A DNA stretch of 64,000 bases from Isurus oxyrinchus (taxonomy: Eukaryota): positions 1-64,000 of the forward strand of contig JANJGN010000323.1 of NCBI GenBank assembly GCA_026770705.1, written 5' to 3'. How positions within the stretch are numbered: the stretch's first letter is position 1; every line of letters starts with the position of its first letter. A program made the translations under genes and the position numbers. Positions 1-13,479 of the stretch are shown here, in pieces. The notes beneath the pieces are model-generated. The model did not search any database. It was not told the DNA's origin and saw nothing but the letters and a program-made list of their open reading frames with translations.

Positions 1-29
1 AAGTTGATCACTTCTCTGGAAAGGTTCAA

Positions 30-2262
30 ATGAATTGCACTGCAGACCTGTTGCATGGAAGTTCATGCCTGGCTTGTGTCAGGGTCCACTTCAAACAGGA
101 ACACTCTTAAAAGGAAGGCATTAAAATGCAAAGTGCTGGACTTTGATCAGCTGTAGTTCTATCAAAACAGTGGGAACTGCTCACCAAGCGGATAATCATC
201 AGCCATTCAAAACCCCCTGTGGAGGATGCAATACCCCCGTCTCTTGTTGATTTATATCTTGAAATGCATCAAATGTTTTGGAGATGCAAAGATAAAAAAT
301 GGGAATACTTGGACTATAACAATGAATGTAAAACATGTTGATCGAATTCCCTCTCAGGAATATACAGACAGAAGTTTAACAAATGGTTCTGCCAAGCAGT
401 TATAAGAAAAAGGAGGGGAAAAAGAAATATGGCAGTCATCTAAAAACCCTGCTAGAAAAGAACAGAAATGATTTTTCTTTCTCTCTCTCTCTCTCTCTGT
501 CCCTCTTTCGCTTTCTCTCTCTCTCTGTCTGAAGCTAACAGAATGTCTTCAAACACGTCCAAGTCTGAGCTAGATGAACTACAGGATTCTAGAGCTAACC
601 AACTAATTTAAAACAGCTTCAACATTCACAACCTACACCTCAAAGACAAGCAAACAATTTAATCATATCCTCTTTTAAATTTTTATTGCACTCTATAATT
701 ATGACCTCTGATATCTGTGTGTGTTTGTGAGTGTGTGTGTGTTTGTGTATGTGTGTGTGTATGTGTGCCTTCCTGTGTGAGCGTGTGTGTGTGTGTCTGT
801 GCCTGTCTGTGTGTATGCGTAGTGTGTCTTTGTACTTGTCTGTGTGAGCTTGTGTGTGTGTGCATGCGTTTGTCTGTGTGTGTGTGAGCCTGTCTGTGTG
901 TCTCTGTGTGTGTGCATTTGTGTATGACTATGCGTGTCTGTGTACCTGTCTGTGTGTGTGTGTGTGTGTGTGTGAGTGTGTGTGTGCGTGTGTGCGTTTG
1001 ATTGTGTATGCATGTGTGCCAGTGTGCATGAGTGTGTGTGTGTGTGTGTGTGTATATGGGTGTGTGAGTGTGTGTATGGGTGTGTGTGTGTGCCTGTGTG
1101 TGTGAGCGTGTGTACGTTTGTGTGTGTTTTGTCACAGTTTTATTACTTTTTCTCCAGTTAGGTAACTAGTAAAATTACTCTTTCTTTGACTCAACCAAAC
1201 GTGGTTTAATTGTTTTGGAAATTGCATTTGGGGGAAAATATATTTTAAACCCTTTTTTGTGACCAACCAGGGGGTTTGAATAGAAAGGGAGCCAGTTCAC
1301 TCCCCGTCAACCANNNNNNNNNNNNNNNNNNNNNNNNNNNNNNNNNNNNNNNNNNNNNNNNNNNNNNNNNNNNNNNNNNNNNNNNNNNNNNNNNNNNNNN
1401 NNNNNNNNNNNNNNNNNNNNNNNNNNNNNNNNNNNNNNNNNNNNNNNNNNNNNNNNNNNNNNTTCAGACATGTTGCATGAAACTTCTCACTGAGGTGTGT
1501 CAGTGTCCGCTTGAAACAGGGGCTCTCTTAAAAATGCAAAGCGCTGGACTCTGATCACTGTAGGTCTATCAAGCTAATGGGATCTGCTCACTATGCAGAT
1601 ATTCATCAAACATTCAACACCCCTTGTGAAGGATGAAATGCCTCCATCTCCTGTTGATTTGTATCTTGAAATGCATCAAATGTTTCAGAGATGCAAACAT
1701 CAAAAAATGGGATTACTTGGTCTGTAAAAATGAATGCAAGACATGCTGATCGAATTCCCTTTTGGGAATATACAGACAGGAATTTAACAATAGGTTCCGT
1801 CAAGCAGATATAAGAGAAAGTACGAGGAAAAAGAAAGATGGCAGTCACCCAAACACATTGCTGGAAAAGAGCAGAAATTCTCTCTCTCTCTTTCTGAAGC
1901 TAACAGAGCGTCTTTAACAAAGTGCAAATCTGAATCAAATCACCACCAGGATGCCACAGGAAACCAATTAACCTTGAACAGCTGCAACCTTCAACAATTT
2001 ATTTCTCAAAGACAAGCAAAGGTATTAATCATATATTCTTTTAAATTTATATTGGACTCTAACTTTTTAATTCTGTCGTGTGTCTGGGCATGTGTGTGTG
2101 TGTGTCTGCCTATGTGTGTGTGTGTGTGTGTCTGTCTGCGTGCCTGTCTGTGCGAATTTATGTGAGTGTATGTGTGTATGTCTGTCTGTGTCAGTGTGTG
2201 GGTGTGTCTGCCTGTGGAAGCGTGTGTCAGTGTGAACGTGTGTGAGTGTTTTTGTGTGTCTG
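30..2262. repeat. Two diverged tandem copies of a ~0.7-kb unit, each followed by a (TG)n tract
   Basis: ~45-720 aligns with ~1465-2075; TG tracts at 715-1130 and 2080-2262. Confidence 0.75.
1314..1462. other. Assembly gap (N run)
   Basis: Run of N. Confidence 1.
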
Positions 2263-2444
2263 NNNNNNNNNNNNNNNNNNNNNNNNNNNNNNNNNNNNNN
2301 NNNNNNNNNNNNNNNNNNNNNNNNNNNNNNNNNNNNNNNNNNNNNNNNNNNNNNNNNNNNNNNNNNNNNNNNNNNNNNNNNNNNNNNNNNNNNNNNNNNN
2401 NNNNNNNNNNNNNNNNNNNNNNNNNNNNNNNNNNNNNNNNNNNN
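2263..2444. other. Assembly gap (N run)
   Basis: Run of N. Confidence 1.
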
Positions 2445-2669
2445 TGTATTGTTGCATCTTTATTATTAACGTTATTTAAAAGTGGTGATCACACAAGCCT
2501 GGTTTCTAAGGAAATGAAACTGCCAACAATTTACAGTAAAGTGAAACGTACAGGAATAATCTATTTATTTTGAGCTGATGATATATAATTATACATGAGG
2601 CATGTTGTTAATTTCAAACATCATCTGAAATATGGCAGTTCCGACGGAGCAGCATTCCTTAGCGCTCAT

Positions 2670-3000
2670 CTTCTGACAGTGCAGCACTCACTCAGCACTG
2701 AGCCTCTGACAGTGCAGCACTCCCTCAGTACTGACCCTCTGACAGTGCAGCACTCCCTCAGTACTGACCCTCTGACAGTGCAGCGCTCCCTCACTACTGA
2801 CCCTCTGACAGTGCAGCACTCCCTCAGTACTAACCCTCTGGGAGTGCAGCACTCCCTCAGTGCAGACCCTCCAACAGTGCAGCACTCCCTCAGTACTGAC
2901 TGTATGGGAGTGCAGCACTCCCTCAGTGCAGACCCTCCAACAGTGCAGCACTCCCTCAGTGCAGACCCTCCAACAGTGCAGCACTCCCTCAGCACTCCCT
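2670..3000. repeat. 33-bp minisatellite CTGACCCTCTGACAGTGCAGCACTCCCTCAGTA (other arrays at ~4930, 15220, 17660, 31375, 39675, 53085)
   Basis: Visible tandem units; gives TDPLTVQHSLS pseudo-ORFs. Confidence 0.95.
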
Positions 3001-5579
3001 CACTGGTGAGTGTCCATCTGCGTTTTGAGCTGAAACCTTGAGATGGCCTCAAAACCCCAAACTTCCGTGTCGGAGACAGAAAGAAAGAGTGAGTGTGTGA
3101 GAGAGAGAGACAATGTGAGTGTGAGAGAGTGAGAGTGTGTATGTTTGAGAGAGAGAGAAGGATAAAGAGAAAGAGAAAATGTGTGTGAGAGAGCATGAGA
3201 GAGGTAGAGTGTGTGTGCATGAGAGAGGGAGGTAGCTTGTGTGTGTGAGAGAGAGAGTGTGTGTGAGAGAGCATGAGAGAGGTAGAGTGTGTGTGCATGA
3301 GAGAGGGAGGTAGCTTGTGTGTGTGTGAGAGAGAGTGTGTGTGAGAGAAAGAGAACGTCTGTGTGAGAGTGAGAGAGAGTTTATGTGTGAGAGAGAAAGG
3401 TAGAGAGAGAATGTGTGTGTGAGATAGTCTGTGTGCGAAAGAGAGAGTGTGTCTGTGAGAGAGTTTGTGTATGTGAGAGTGTGTGTGTGAGATCGTGTGT
3501 GTGTGTGCGTTTGAGAGAGGGAGTGTGCGAGAGAGAGGTGGTGTGCATGTTTGAGAGAGAAGAAGATTGTGCATTTGAGAGAGGGAGTGAGAGAGAACGT
3601 TTATGTGAGAGAGAGAGTTTGTATGTGTGTGTGTGCGTGTTTGGCTGTGTGTGTGTATGTGTGTATCTGAGTGCGTGCGTGTATGTGTGCCTGTATGTGT
3701 GTGTGTGAGTGCGTTCGAGAGTGTGTGCGAGGGTAGGTGTGAATGTGTGTGTGTGTGTATGTGTGTGTGTGCATTCTGACTGAGTCGAGTTCACAGTTTC
3801 ACACGTTGCTAGGGATCACTTTTCCGCCTCTCTGTCAGACTGTGTGTATCTGACAGCAGGTCAGGCAGAAATAGTCCAGAATGCGTTGTGGTTTTGTAGC
3901 ATTGAAACAACGACATGAACTAAATGAGTGCTGCACCAAATAAAGACATGGAGTGACCACACCAAAAAACCACGTGACATCCCCAGTTTCACATCTCCCT
4001 CAAACACAGAAAAACTGGGTTAACACTGACCCTCCTCCCAGAGCCAGTTCACCTCGTGTCCGATGCAGTCAGGAGAGTAAGATCATCTCTCCTCCGATCC
4101 TGCTAAACTGAACATTTCCAGAATTAGATCAGCTCCCTGAAGTGTCTCCAGTTAGACATTCATCTGACAGGATTGACTCTACAACCCTGGGGACTCATTC
4201 TCCTGTAAGTAAAACACTTGCTGCTCCTGTCAAATCTCTTCTGTACAGCATGGTCTCTGGATGTCCCAGAACACTTTACAGTTGAGTTCACCCTTTTTTC
4301 GAAGTGTGGTTACTGTTGTAATGTAGGAAACGCAGCAGCCAATTAGCGCACAGCAAGCTCCCACAAACAGCAATGTGATCACCTGTTTTTGGTGATGTTG
4401 GTTGAGGGATAAATACTGGTCCCAGGACACCGGGGAGATCTCCCCCCTGCTCTTCCTCCAAATAGTGGCTGTGGGATCTTTCACACCCGCCCGAGAGGGC
4501 AGACGGGGGACTCGATTTAGTGTCTAATATTGGACTAATCTCCAGGCGAGGTTGGCTAGATGGTTTATTGACAAGGTCCATTCACCCTGTAAAGAGTTTC
4601 TCTGGTTTGAAATACCCGATCAAACATCGAGTTCTGTGTCTAAACCTTGTGTTGAAAAGACACCTTTCCAGCTCTTCACCTGCCATTAGCTTGTTGAGTC
4701 TTCACACGCTCCGTCTGTCTGTGACCAACCCCTCTTAGCTCATCCTTTCCTTGTCATACATCGAGCTGTTCATCCTGACGGGTTCCATCCTTCCCAGTAA
4801 CACTCCATCTCCGACATCAAACTAACTCCCAACACGTTGATGAATTGTATGGATTCCAGCGTCAGTTGGTTCTGTCTGAGGCTGTTTCTCTGATCGGGGA
4901 CCGAGCTGTTCTGAATGGACATTGTGTTCAGTACTGATCCTCCGACAGTGCAGTACTCCCTCAGTACTTACCCTCTGACAGTGCAGCACGCCCTCAGTAC
5001 TGATCCTCTGACAGTGCAGCACTCCCTCACCACTCCCTCACTGGGGAGAATCTACCTGGGTTTTGAGCTGAAATCATGAGCAGGTCTTAAAACATTCTGT
5101 ATCAGAGAGAGAGAGAGATTGTCTGAGAGACAGAGAAAGACAGAGAGACTGTGTGAGAGAGAAAAAGAGATAGAGAGAGTGTGTGCATGTGTGAGGGAGA
5201 GTGTTTGTATATGAGGGAGAGAGGGTGCATGTGAGAATGTGTGAGAGAGAGTGTGTGGGAGAGAGAGTGTGTTTGTGACAGAGAGTGTGTGTGTGTGTGA
5301 GAGAGAGTGTGTGGGAGAGAGCGTGTGTTTGTGACAGAGAGTGTGTGTGTGTGCGAGGGAGAGAAAGAGGGAGACAGCAGAAGATCGAGATGAAGAGAAA
5401 TGTTAAATGTTTGTGAGAGAGAGAATGTGTGTGTCTGAGAGAGTGTGTGTGTGTGTGTGAGAGAGAGTGTGTGCTTGACAGAAAGGGAGATTGTGTTAGT
5501 TTTAGGGAAAGTGTGTGAGTGTGTGAGAGAGTGTTTGTGTCTGAGAGAGAGAGAGAGAATGTATTTGAGGGAGGGAGAC

Positions 5580-7692
5580 AGAGAGAATGTGTGTGTGAGA
5601 GAGAGAGAGATAGAGCAGAAGAGTGCGATAGAGAGAGATTGTGAGTGTTAGAGAGAGAAAGTGTGTGTGTGTGAGAGAGAGATAGAGCAGAGGAGTGTGA
5701 TAGAGAGAGATTGTGAGTGTTAGAGAGAGAATGCATGTGTGATAGAGAGAGAGAGAGAGCAGAGGAGTGTGAAAGAGAGAGATTGTGAGTGTTAGAGAGA
5801 GAATGTGTGTGTGTGAGAGCGAGAGAGAGAGCAGAGGAGTGTGATAGAGAGAGATTGTGAGTGTTAGAGAGAGAATGTGTGTGTGTGAGAGAGAGAGAGA
5901 GAGCAGAAGAGTGTGATAGAGAGAGATTGTGAGTGTTAGAGAGAGAAAGTGTGTGTGTGTGAGAGAGAGATAGAGCAGAGGAGTGTGATAGAGAGAGATT
6001 GTGAGTGTTAGAGAGAGAATGTGTGTGTGTGAGAGAGAGAGAGCAGAAGAGTGCGATAGAGAGAGATTGTGAGTGTTGGAGAGAGAATGTGTGTGTGTGT
6101 GTGAGAGAGATAGAGCAGAAGAGTGCGATAGAGAGAGATTGTGAGTGTTAGAGAGACAATATGTGTGTGTGAAAGAGAGAGAGAGAGAGCAGAAGAGTGC
6201 AACGGAGAGAGATTGTGAGTTTGAGAGAGAGAAGGTGTGTGCATGTGAGAAAGAGAGAGCAGAAGAGTGCGATAGAGAGAGATTGTGAGTGTTAGAGAGA
6301 GAATGTGTGTGTGTGAGAGAGAGAGAGAGAGCAGAAGAGTGCGATAGAGAGAGATTGTGAGTGTTAGAGAGAGAATGTGTGTGTGTGAGAGAGAGAGAGA
6401 GAGCAGAAGAGTGTGATAGAGAGAGACTGTGAATGTTAGAGAGAGAATGTGTGTGTGAGAGAGAGAGAGATAGAGCAGAAGAGAGTGATAGAGAGAGACT
6501 GAGTGTTAGAGAGAGAACGTGTGTGTGAGAGAGAGAGAGAGAGAGCAGAAGAGTGCGATAGAGAGAGATTGTGAGTGTTAGAGAGAGAATGTGTGTGTGA
6601 GAGAGAGAGAGAGAGAGCAGAAGAGAGCGATAGAGAGAGATTGTGAGTGTTAGAGAGAGAAAGTGTGTGTGTGTGAGAGAGAGATAGAGCAGAGGAGTGT
6701 GATAGAGAGAGATTGTGAGTGTTAGAGAGAGAATGTGTGTGCGATAGAGAGAGAGATAGAGCAGAAGAGTGCGATAGAGAGAGATTGTGAGTGTTAGAGA
6801 GAGAATGTGTGTCTGTGAGAGAGAGAGATAGAGCAGAAGAGTGCGATAGAGAGAGATTGTGTTTGTGAGAGAGAGAGATAGAGCAGAAGAGTGTGATAGA
6901 GAGAGATTGTGTTTGTGAGAGAGAGAGAATGTGTGTGTGTGAGAGAGAGAGAGATAGAGCAGAGGAGTGTGATAGAGAGAGATTGTGAGTGTTAGAGAGA
7001 GAATGTGTGTGTGTGAGAGAGAGAGAGAGCAGAAGAGAGCGATAGAGAGAGATTGTGTTTGTTTGAGAGAGAATGTGTGTGTGTGAGAGAGAGAGACAGA
7101 GCAGAAGAGTGTGATAGAGAGAGATTGTGAGTGTTAGAGAGAGGATGTGTGTGTTTGAGAGAGAGAGAGAGAGCAGAAGAGTGTGATAGAGAGAGATTGT
7201 GAGTGTTAGAGAGAGAAGGTGTGTGTGTGAGAGAGAGATAGAGCAGAAGAGTGTGATAGAGAGAGATTGTGAGTGTTAGAGAGAGAATGTGTGTGAGAGA
7301 GAGAGAGATAGAGCAGAAGAGTGTGATAGAGAGAGATTGTGAGTGTTAGAGAGAAGGTGTGTGTGTGAGAGAGAGATAGAGCAGAAGAGTGCGATAGAGA
7401 GAGATTGTGAGTGCTAGAGAGAGAATGTGTGCGTGTGAGAGAGAGAGATAGAGCAGAAGAGTGTGATAGAGAGAGATTGTGAGTGTTAGAGAGAAGGTGT
7501 GTGTGTGAGAGAGAGATAGAGCAGAAGAGTGTGATAGAGAGAGATTGTGAGTGTTAGAGAGAGATTGTGTGTGTGAGAGAGAGAGAGAGAGCAGAATAGT
7601 GTGATAGATAGAGATTGTGAGTGTTAGAGAGAGAATGTGTGTGTGTGAGAGAGAGAGATAGAGCAGAAGAGTGCGATAGATAGAGATTGTGA
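5580..7692. repeat. ~65-bp compound (GA)n/(GT)n minisatellite
   Basis: About 30 units of GAGCAGAAGAGTGTGATAGAGAGAGATTGTGAGTGTTAGAGAGAGAATG(TG)n(AG)n. Confidence 0.95.
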
Positions 7693-7961
7693 GGACTAAA
7701 CTCACTGAGAGAAAAAGCTGGACACCCAGCACAGGGAGTGAGGGAACAATGAATTTTTGCCGTGTTTGGTGAATCGGTTTGCGATGTCCCTTCTCAATCT
7801 CTCCTTCTTTGTCTTGACATTAGATAATTCCCTGGGGCTGTTTAATTCCCTGAAAGGTGCCATTTAAACACAAGTTGTTGTTGTTTGAGGAAGAAACACT
7901 GGGGACAATTTATGAAAAAGTCTCTGTCTTTATCATTTTCCATTTAGATGAGGAACTGAAG

Positions 7962-8007
7962 ATGGGAGAGGTCGGTCTGATATTGATCTTCATCAGCTTG
8001 CTGCAAG
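7962..8007 (+). pseudogene. Siglec-type leader exon MGEVGLILIFISLLQ(G) of a disrupted + strand gene
   Basis: Acceptor catttag| at 7947, ATG 7962, hydrophobic leader ending SLLQ-G like the - strand leaders, phase-1 donor CAAG|GTACAA. Confidence 0.75.
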
Positions 8008-8827
8008 GTACAAATTCATTACTGATCGGAACTCAGGGAATTGGATTCTTTCCTGGAGTGAGGAAGTGAACATTTAATTTTAGAGAACAGGGTTAGTGAT
8101 CACACAGAGAGTGAGTGATTAGCGAGTCAGAGAATATAGCAAAAGCAAAAGCCTCATACGGACTCGAAACACCAACTCTGTTTCTCTCTCCACAGATGCT
8201 GTCAGACCTGCTGAGTTTTTCCAGCATTTTCTGTTTGTGCATCAGAGAGCTTGTTTCAATAGGAATGACAGTGCATTTATATAGCACCTTTAATGCAGTA
8301 AAACATCCTTATTGCTTCACAGGATTCCCCCACAAGGGGTAACATCCCCTCAGCATCCACCCTGTCAAACCCCCCACCACCTCAGAATCTTATATGTTTC
8401 AATAAGATCACCTCTCATTCTTCTAAACTCCAATGGATACAGGGCCCAACCTGCTCAACATTTCCTCACAGGACAAACCCCCTTCATCCCAGGAATCAGC
8501 CCAGTGAACCTCCTCTGAACTGCGTCCAATGCAGAGTCTATCCCTCCCTAAGTAAGGAGACCAGAACTGTACACACTGCTCCTGATACAATCTCACCAAT
8601 GCCCTGTACAGTTGTAGCAAGACTCCCATCCTTTTATACTCCATCCCTTTGCAATAAAGTCCAACATTCCACTTGCCTTCCTCATTCCGTGGTGTTCCTG
8701 AATGCTGACTTTCTGTGATTCATGTACAAGGACACCCAGATCCCTCTGTACCGCATTCTGTAGACTCTCTCCATTGAAGTAATATTCTGCTTTTTGATGT
8801 CCAGTCCCCTCCCTTGTTGCCTTTCAG

Positions 8828-9115
8828 GAGTGACGTCAGAGGGATGGTCTATGAAGGCGCTGCCTCGGAGGGCCATCAGCAGCTCTTGTGTGGTTATTCC
8901 GTGTAGCTTTGACTTTCCTTCCCACTCTTACACAGCACTGCACGGAGCTTGGTATAAATATTGGTATAGATGGAAATATACCATCACATACACCAAAGAT
9001 CCCAATTATGGGGTGGCCACATTCGTGGGACGTGCTAAAATAATCGGCGACTTGGAAGGGAAGAATTGTTCGGTGAGGATTGACAGTCTCAGAGCTGAAG
9101 ACAGTGACGTGTATT
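8828..9115 (+). pseudogene. Truncated Siglec/MAG/CD22-type V-set exon (GVTSEGWSMKALPRRAISSSCVVIPCSFDFP...GAWYK...GRAKIIGDLEGKNCSVRIDSLRAEDSDVY)
   Basis: Phase-1 acceptor ctttcag|; Siglec hallmarks SCVxIPC, C-strand W, GDLxxxNCS and DSxxY. Homology stops at ~9115, where Gypsy gag-like sequence begins. No downstream C2/TM exons seen. Confidence 0.85.
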
Positions 9116-10480
9116 GCACCCAATTCTAAATCTTTTCACCAATTAGTCGACCTCATGAAGATGTGTTTTCAGCTGAAGCCGTGGGTAATAATGAAAAGGT
9201 TTAAGTTTAACTCCAGAGTAAGGGCCCAGGGAGAGTCCATCGCAACCTATACAGTGAAGTGGAAGCAGGTGACTGAGCACTGGGACCTCGGAGACACACT
9301 CAATGACATGTTGCGGGGCCGATTGGTTTGTGTCGTTCACCCCAACGCCATTCAGAGCCGTTTACTCGCAGAAGCCGACATCGATTTGAAGCGCACCATG
9401 GAAATAGCGCCAGGCATGGAAAGTGCTGGGAGAGACTGGCGGGATTTACAGGATGTACAACATGGCACCAGTCCTCAGCTGGGACAGGAACCAACCACCG
9501 GGCGTGAGGCTCAAACTGGAGTGAGAGAGAGAGAGAGAGAGACAGCCGCCAAGCGAGAGACAGTCTCTGCCGCTCCAGAAACTAAAAGGCTTCGTGGGAG
9601 TATTTCAGCAGCAACTCCGAAGTTGGCCTGTTCTCGATGTGGGGGGCATTGAGCACGTACTGGACACCTGCAGGTTCAAGGGGGCAGAATGCCATCACTG
9701 CCACAAGAAAGGGGCGGGTAATAAAGCAATGCAGGGTGAAATCGAGACAGCCCATCAGGCAGTGCACCAACATGATGGAAGTGAATAATATCACAGAGCC
9801 TGAAGCTGCTGATACCGATGTCTATTCCCTGTCCAATGTCACAGTGGTAAAAACTGAACCTATAACCATCACAACCCAAGTGAATGGGCAGCCACTAGTA
9901 ATGGGGCAGATACGGGAGCCTCAGACACAGTGGTGGAAGAGCCCACATTTAAACAGCTAAATGAAGGAACCCAGACGCTGAATTTAGAGCCAACAATGGA
10001 TCAGCTGAAGACACACACTGGAGAATCCATACAGGGAAAGGACCTCATCCCAGTACCTGTGTCCTACAGGCAGCAGACAGCCCAGCTTCCAGTGATCATA
10101 GCGACAGGTGAGGGCCCTAGTCTTCTGGGCCGAGACTGGTTCCAGAAAACCAAGCTCAGCTGCTCTGAAATGTTTCACTGGAGGAGTTGCTGAGTTGCTG
10201 GGGGAATATGAGAGTGTATCTCGGAATGAGTTTGAAGAATTGAAGCATCCTCACAGGCTGCAAGTGTCCCTCAGGTCAGAGTTGGTTCCACTGGAAAATC
10301 CTGAAGAGAAAGAAAGCGAATTCTGTGCCGCTCTGAGCAAACTGAAGAAACAGTTGGCAGGGAAGACCCAACCATGTCCAATGTTCCAGGAGGAAGGCAA
10401 GAGATACAAGGAAGAGACTGAAGAGCTGAAGATTCAGCTGAATGAAACCAAAGAGGCAGTTACAGTATCACAACAAGTTT
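9116..10480 (+). mobile_element. Decayed Gypsy/Ty3 LTR retrotransposon fragment (gag and protease)
   Basis: ORF pieces with gag-like RFKFNSRVRAQGESIATY...LNDMLRGRLVC, zinc-knuckle remnants (CSRCGGH, CHHCHKKG) and protease-like ITTQVNGQPLVM...GPSLLGRDW. Stops and frameshifts present. Confidence 0.8.
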
Positions 10481-11064
10481 ACAGAGCAGAAGGAGGCCAT
10501 TCAGCCCGTCGAGCCTGTTACACAGGAACCAGAAGAGGCCCATTCAGCCCCCTCGAGACTGTTACACAGGAACAGGAGGAGGCCATTCAGCCCCCTCAAG
10601 ACTGTTACACAGAAACAGGAGGAGGCCATTCTGCCACTTATGTCCGTTATACAGGAACAGGAGGAGGCCATTCAGCCCCTTGTAGGGTGTGGTGGTGTGT
10701 GTCAGCTTCACCTGCGACTTCTGAGCCGTCTGAATCACTCCCACTCCCTGGGTTCTAGACCTTGGACTTATTCGGGGCTTGTCACAAAGTGCAGCAGACA
10801 ACTGGTTTTGGTGCAAGACAAAAACTGAGTTTACTGAAGTCACAAATGAACTTCTAACATTAGGATGACACTGAGATTATACAGACTTACAAAGTACACT
10901 GAGTTAAGAATGGGGAACACACGGCATAACGAGGGAGAATCACGCTACTAATGCCCTTACCCTTGTCCCACCCCCAAACCCTAACTAAATTGCACTAGGA
11001 GAGGTCAGGGGTCATGCTCACCAACCCAGGGTTCCTTGACAGTTGGAAATTTTGAGAACCCTTC

Positions 11065-11690
11065 AAGAGATGGGGAGGGTTACAGGGGCTGGAGGAGGTT
11101 ACAGAGATAGGGAGGGTTGTAGGGGCTGGAGGAGGTTACAGAGATAAGGAGTGTTGTAGGGGCTGGAGGAGGTTACAGAGATAGGGAGGGTTGTAAGTGC
11201 TGGAAGCTGTTCCAGAGATAGGGAGGGTTGTAGGGGCTGGAGGAGGTTACAGGTATAGGGAGGGTTGTAGGGGCTGGAGGATGACACAGAGATAGGGCGA
11301 GTTGCAGGGGGTGGAGCAGGTTGTAGAGATAGGGAGGGTTGTAGGGACTGGAAGAGATTACAGAAATAGGGAGGGTTGTGGTGGTTGGAGGATGTTACAG
11401 AGATGGGCAGGATTGTCAAGGCTGGTGGAGGCTTGGGAGATTATTAGGGTTACAGTGGCTAGAGGAGGTGACATGTATAGGGGTGTTGTCGGGCTGGAGG
11501 TTGTTACAGGGATAGGGAGGATTGTATGGGCTTGTGAAGGAGGTTACAGATATAGGGAGGGTTGTGGGAGGTGGAGGAGGTTACAGAGATGGGGAGGATT
11601 GTAGGGGCAGGTGGAGGTTACAGAGATAGGGAGGGTTGTAGGGGCTGGAGGAAAGGGACAGAGAGAGGAGGTTACAGATATAGGGAGGGA
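11065..11690 (+). repeat. 37-bp G-rich minisatellite GGAGGAGGTTACAGAGATAGGGAGGGTTGTAGGGGCT
   Basis: Tandem units; a degenerate array also lies at 43160-43630. Confidence 0.92.
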
Positions 11691-13479
11691 GACAGTCAGA
11701 GAGAGAGCCTCCAGGAGATAGAGAGCGATAGAGAGATTGAGAGACAGACAGAGACTGAGAGAGGGGGAAGAGAGAAGGAGAGTGAGAGAGAGAGAGAGCG
11801 ATTGTGAAAGATGGTGGAAGGGAAGAGTGGGGAGGAGGGGGCCTGATGGTATTTTCGCTGGACCAGTAATCCAGAGACCCAGTGTAATGCTCCTGGGACC
11901 CTGGTTAGAATCTCACCACAGCAGTTGGTGGAATTTCAATTCAATAAAAACCTGGAATTAAAAGTCCGATGATGACCAGGAAACCATTGCTGATTCTTGT
12001 ATTTGGGTCACAAATGCCCTTTAGGGAGGGAAATCTGCTGTCCTTACCTGGTCTGGCCTACATGTGACTCCAGACCCACAGCAATGTGGTTCACTTTTAA
12101 AAAGTGGCCTCTGAACAAGGGCAATTAGGGTTGGGCAATAAATGCTGGCCTAGGCAGTGATGTCCACATCACATGAAAGAATGAAATAAAAGGACAGAGA
12201 GGGACAGACAGAGTCGAGAGACACCCAGAATGAAAAAAAACACAGTAAACACTGGAAAATAAACATTCTGGTCTGATCTGGTCTTGTATACCTTCAAATG
12301 GAACACCAGTAAAACAGGGAAATAAGAGTACTGGGCCAAACTGTTAGAGAGGGTCACATTTAGAGAGAGAGAGAGAGAGTGGGAAAGAGGGAGACACTGA
12401 AAGAGATAAGGACAAGGAAAGAAAGAGTGAGAGAGAGAGAGACAGACAGAGACACACAAAGAAGTAGAAAGAAAGTGATAGAGATGAAGCAGGAGAGAAT
12501 GAGGAGAAAGATAGATAGATAGAGAGAGAGGATGGTAGAGAAAGAGAACGAGAGGAAAAGAGACAAAGGCAGAATGTGATGGAACACTGAATCCTTGTCT
12601 ATGCATTTTGAAATCCAGCCCAGAACTATCATTGGAAGAGTCAGCGAGTGTCCAGTACAGGGGACCCAGCCCAACCTTCTCATCCTGACCTTCCCAGTGG
12701 GGCTGAAGAGGGCAGAGAGGAAACCTTCCTCTGTTATTCTGTTGTCGAATAAACACAACAATTCTGGAACTCTGCCCTTTCTATCTCACGGATTAGAATA
12801 TAAGGGGGCAGAGGTCATGCTTCAGTCTACATAAAGCCCTGGCTAGACCACACCTGGAGTCACTGTGAGACATTCTGGGCCCCACACCTTAGGAAGGATA
12901 TATTGACCTCGGAGGGAGAGCAGTGTCAGTTTACCAGAATGAGACCGGGACTCCAAGGGTTAAATCACAAGGAGAGATTAAACACAAACTCGGCTTGTAT
13001 TCCCTGGAAGTTAGAATGTTAAGCAGGAGATTTGATGAAAGTTCGCATGATAATAAGGGGAACAGATCGGGGGCGATAAAGAGAAACCATTTCCCCTGGT
13101 TGGGGGGAGTCTGGGACTCAGGGTCAGAGCCTAAAAAGGAATTAAATTAGGAAGTACAAAGGGTGGGAGAAATTTGGAACTCTCTTCCCCAAACAGGAAC
13201 TGATGCACGATCAAGTTGTTCATTTTAAACCTGTGAGACTGATAGATTTTAGTTATCCAAAGGTATTAAAGGAGATGGGACAAAGCCATATGGGGCTAGT
13301 TTGCAGATCAGCCATGATCTCATTGAATGGTGGAGCAGGCTCGAGGGGCCAAATGGCCTCCTCCTACCCTCATGTAATAGAAACTTACCTGTCAGAAGCC
13401 AGTTTATGTTGATGTGAGTCTGAGTCGATGACTGAACCCAGTTGGTAACTTGTTCCATACAAAGCAAGAACGTTCATGC

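Noticed and set aside
4140-4210. Possible non-coding first exon of the + strand Siglec pseudogene (donor CCT|GTAAGT at 4205)
   Set aside because: Only a donor-like motif supports it; not enough without transcript data.
683-7732. His/Thr-, Cys/Val- and Ser/Leu-rich ORFs, and ORFs containing X runs
   Set aside because: Translations of (TG)n/(GA)n tracts, the 33-bp repeat and N gaps.
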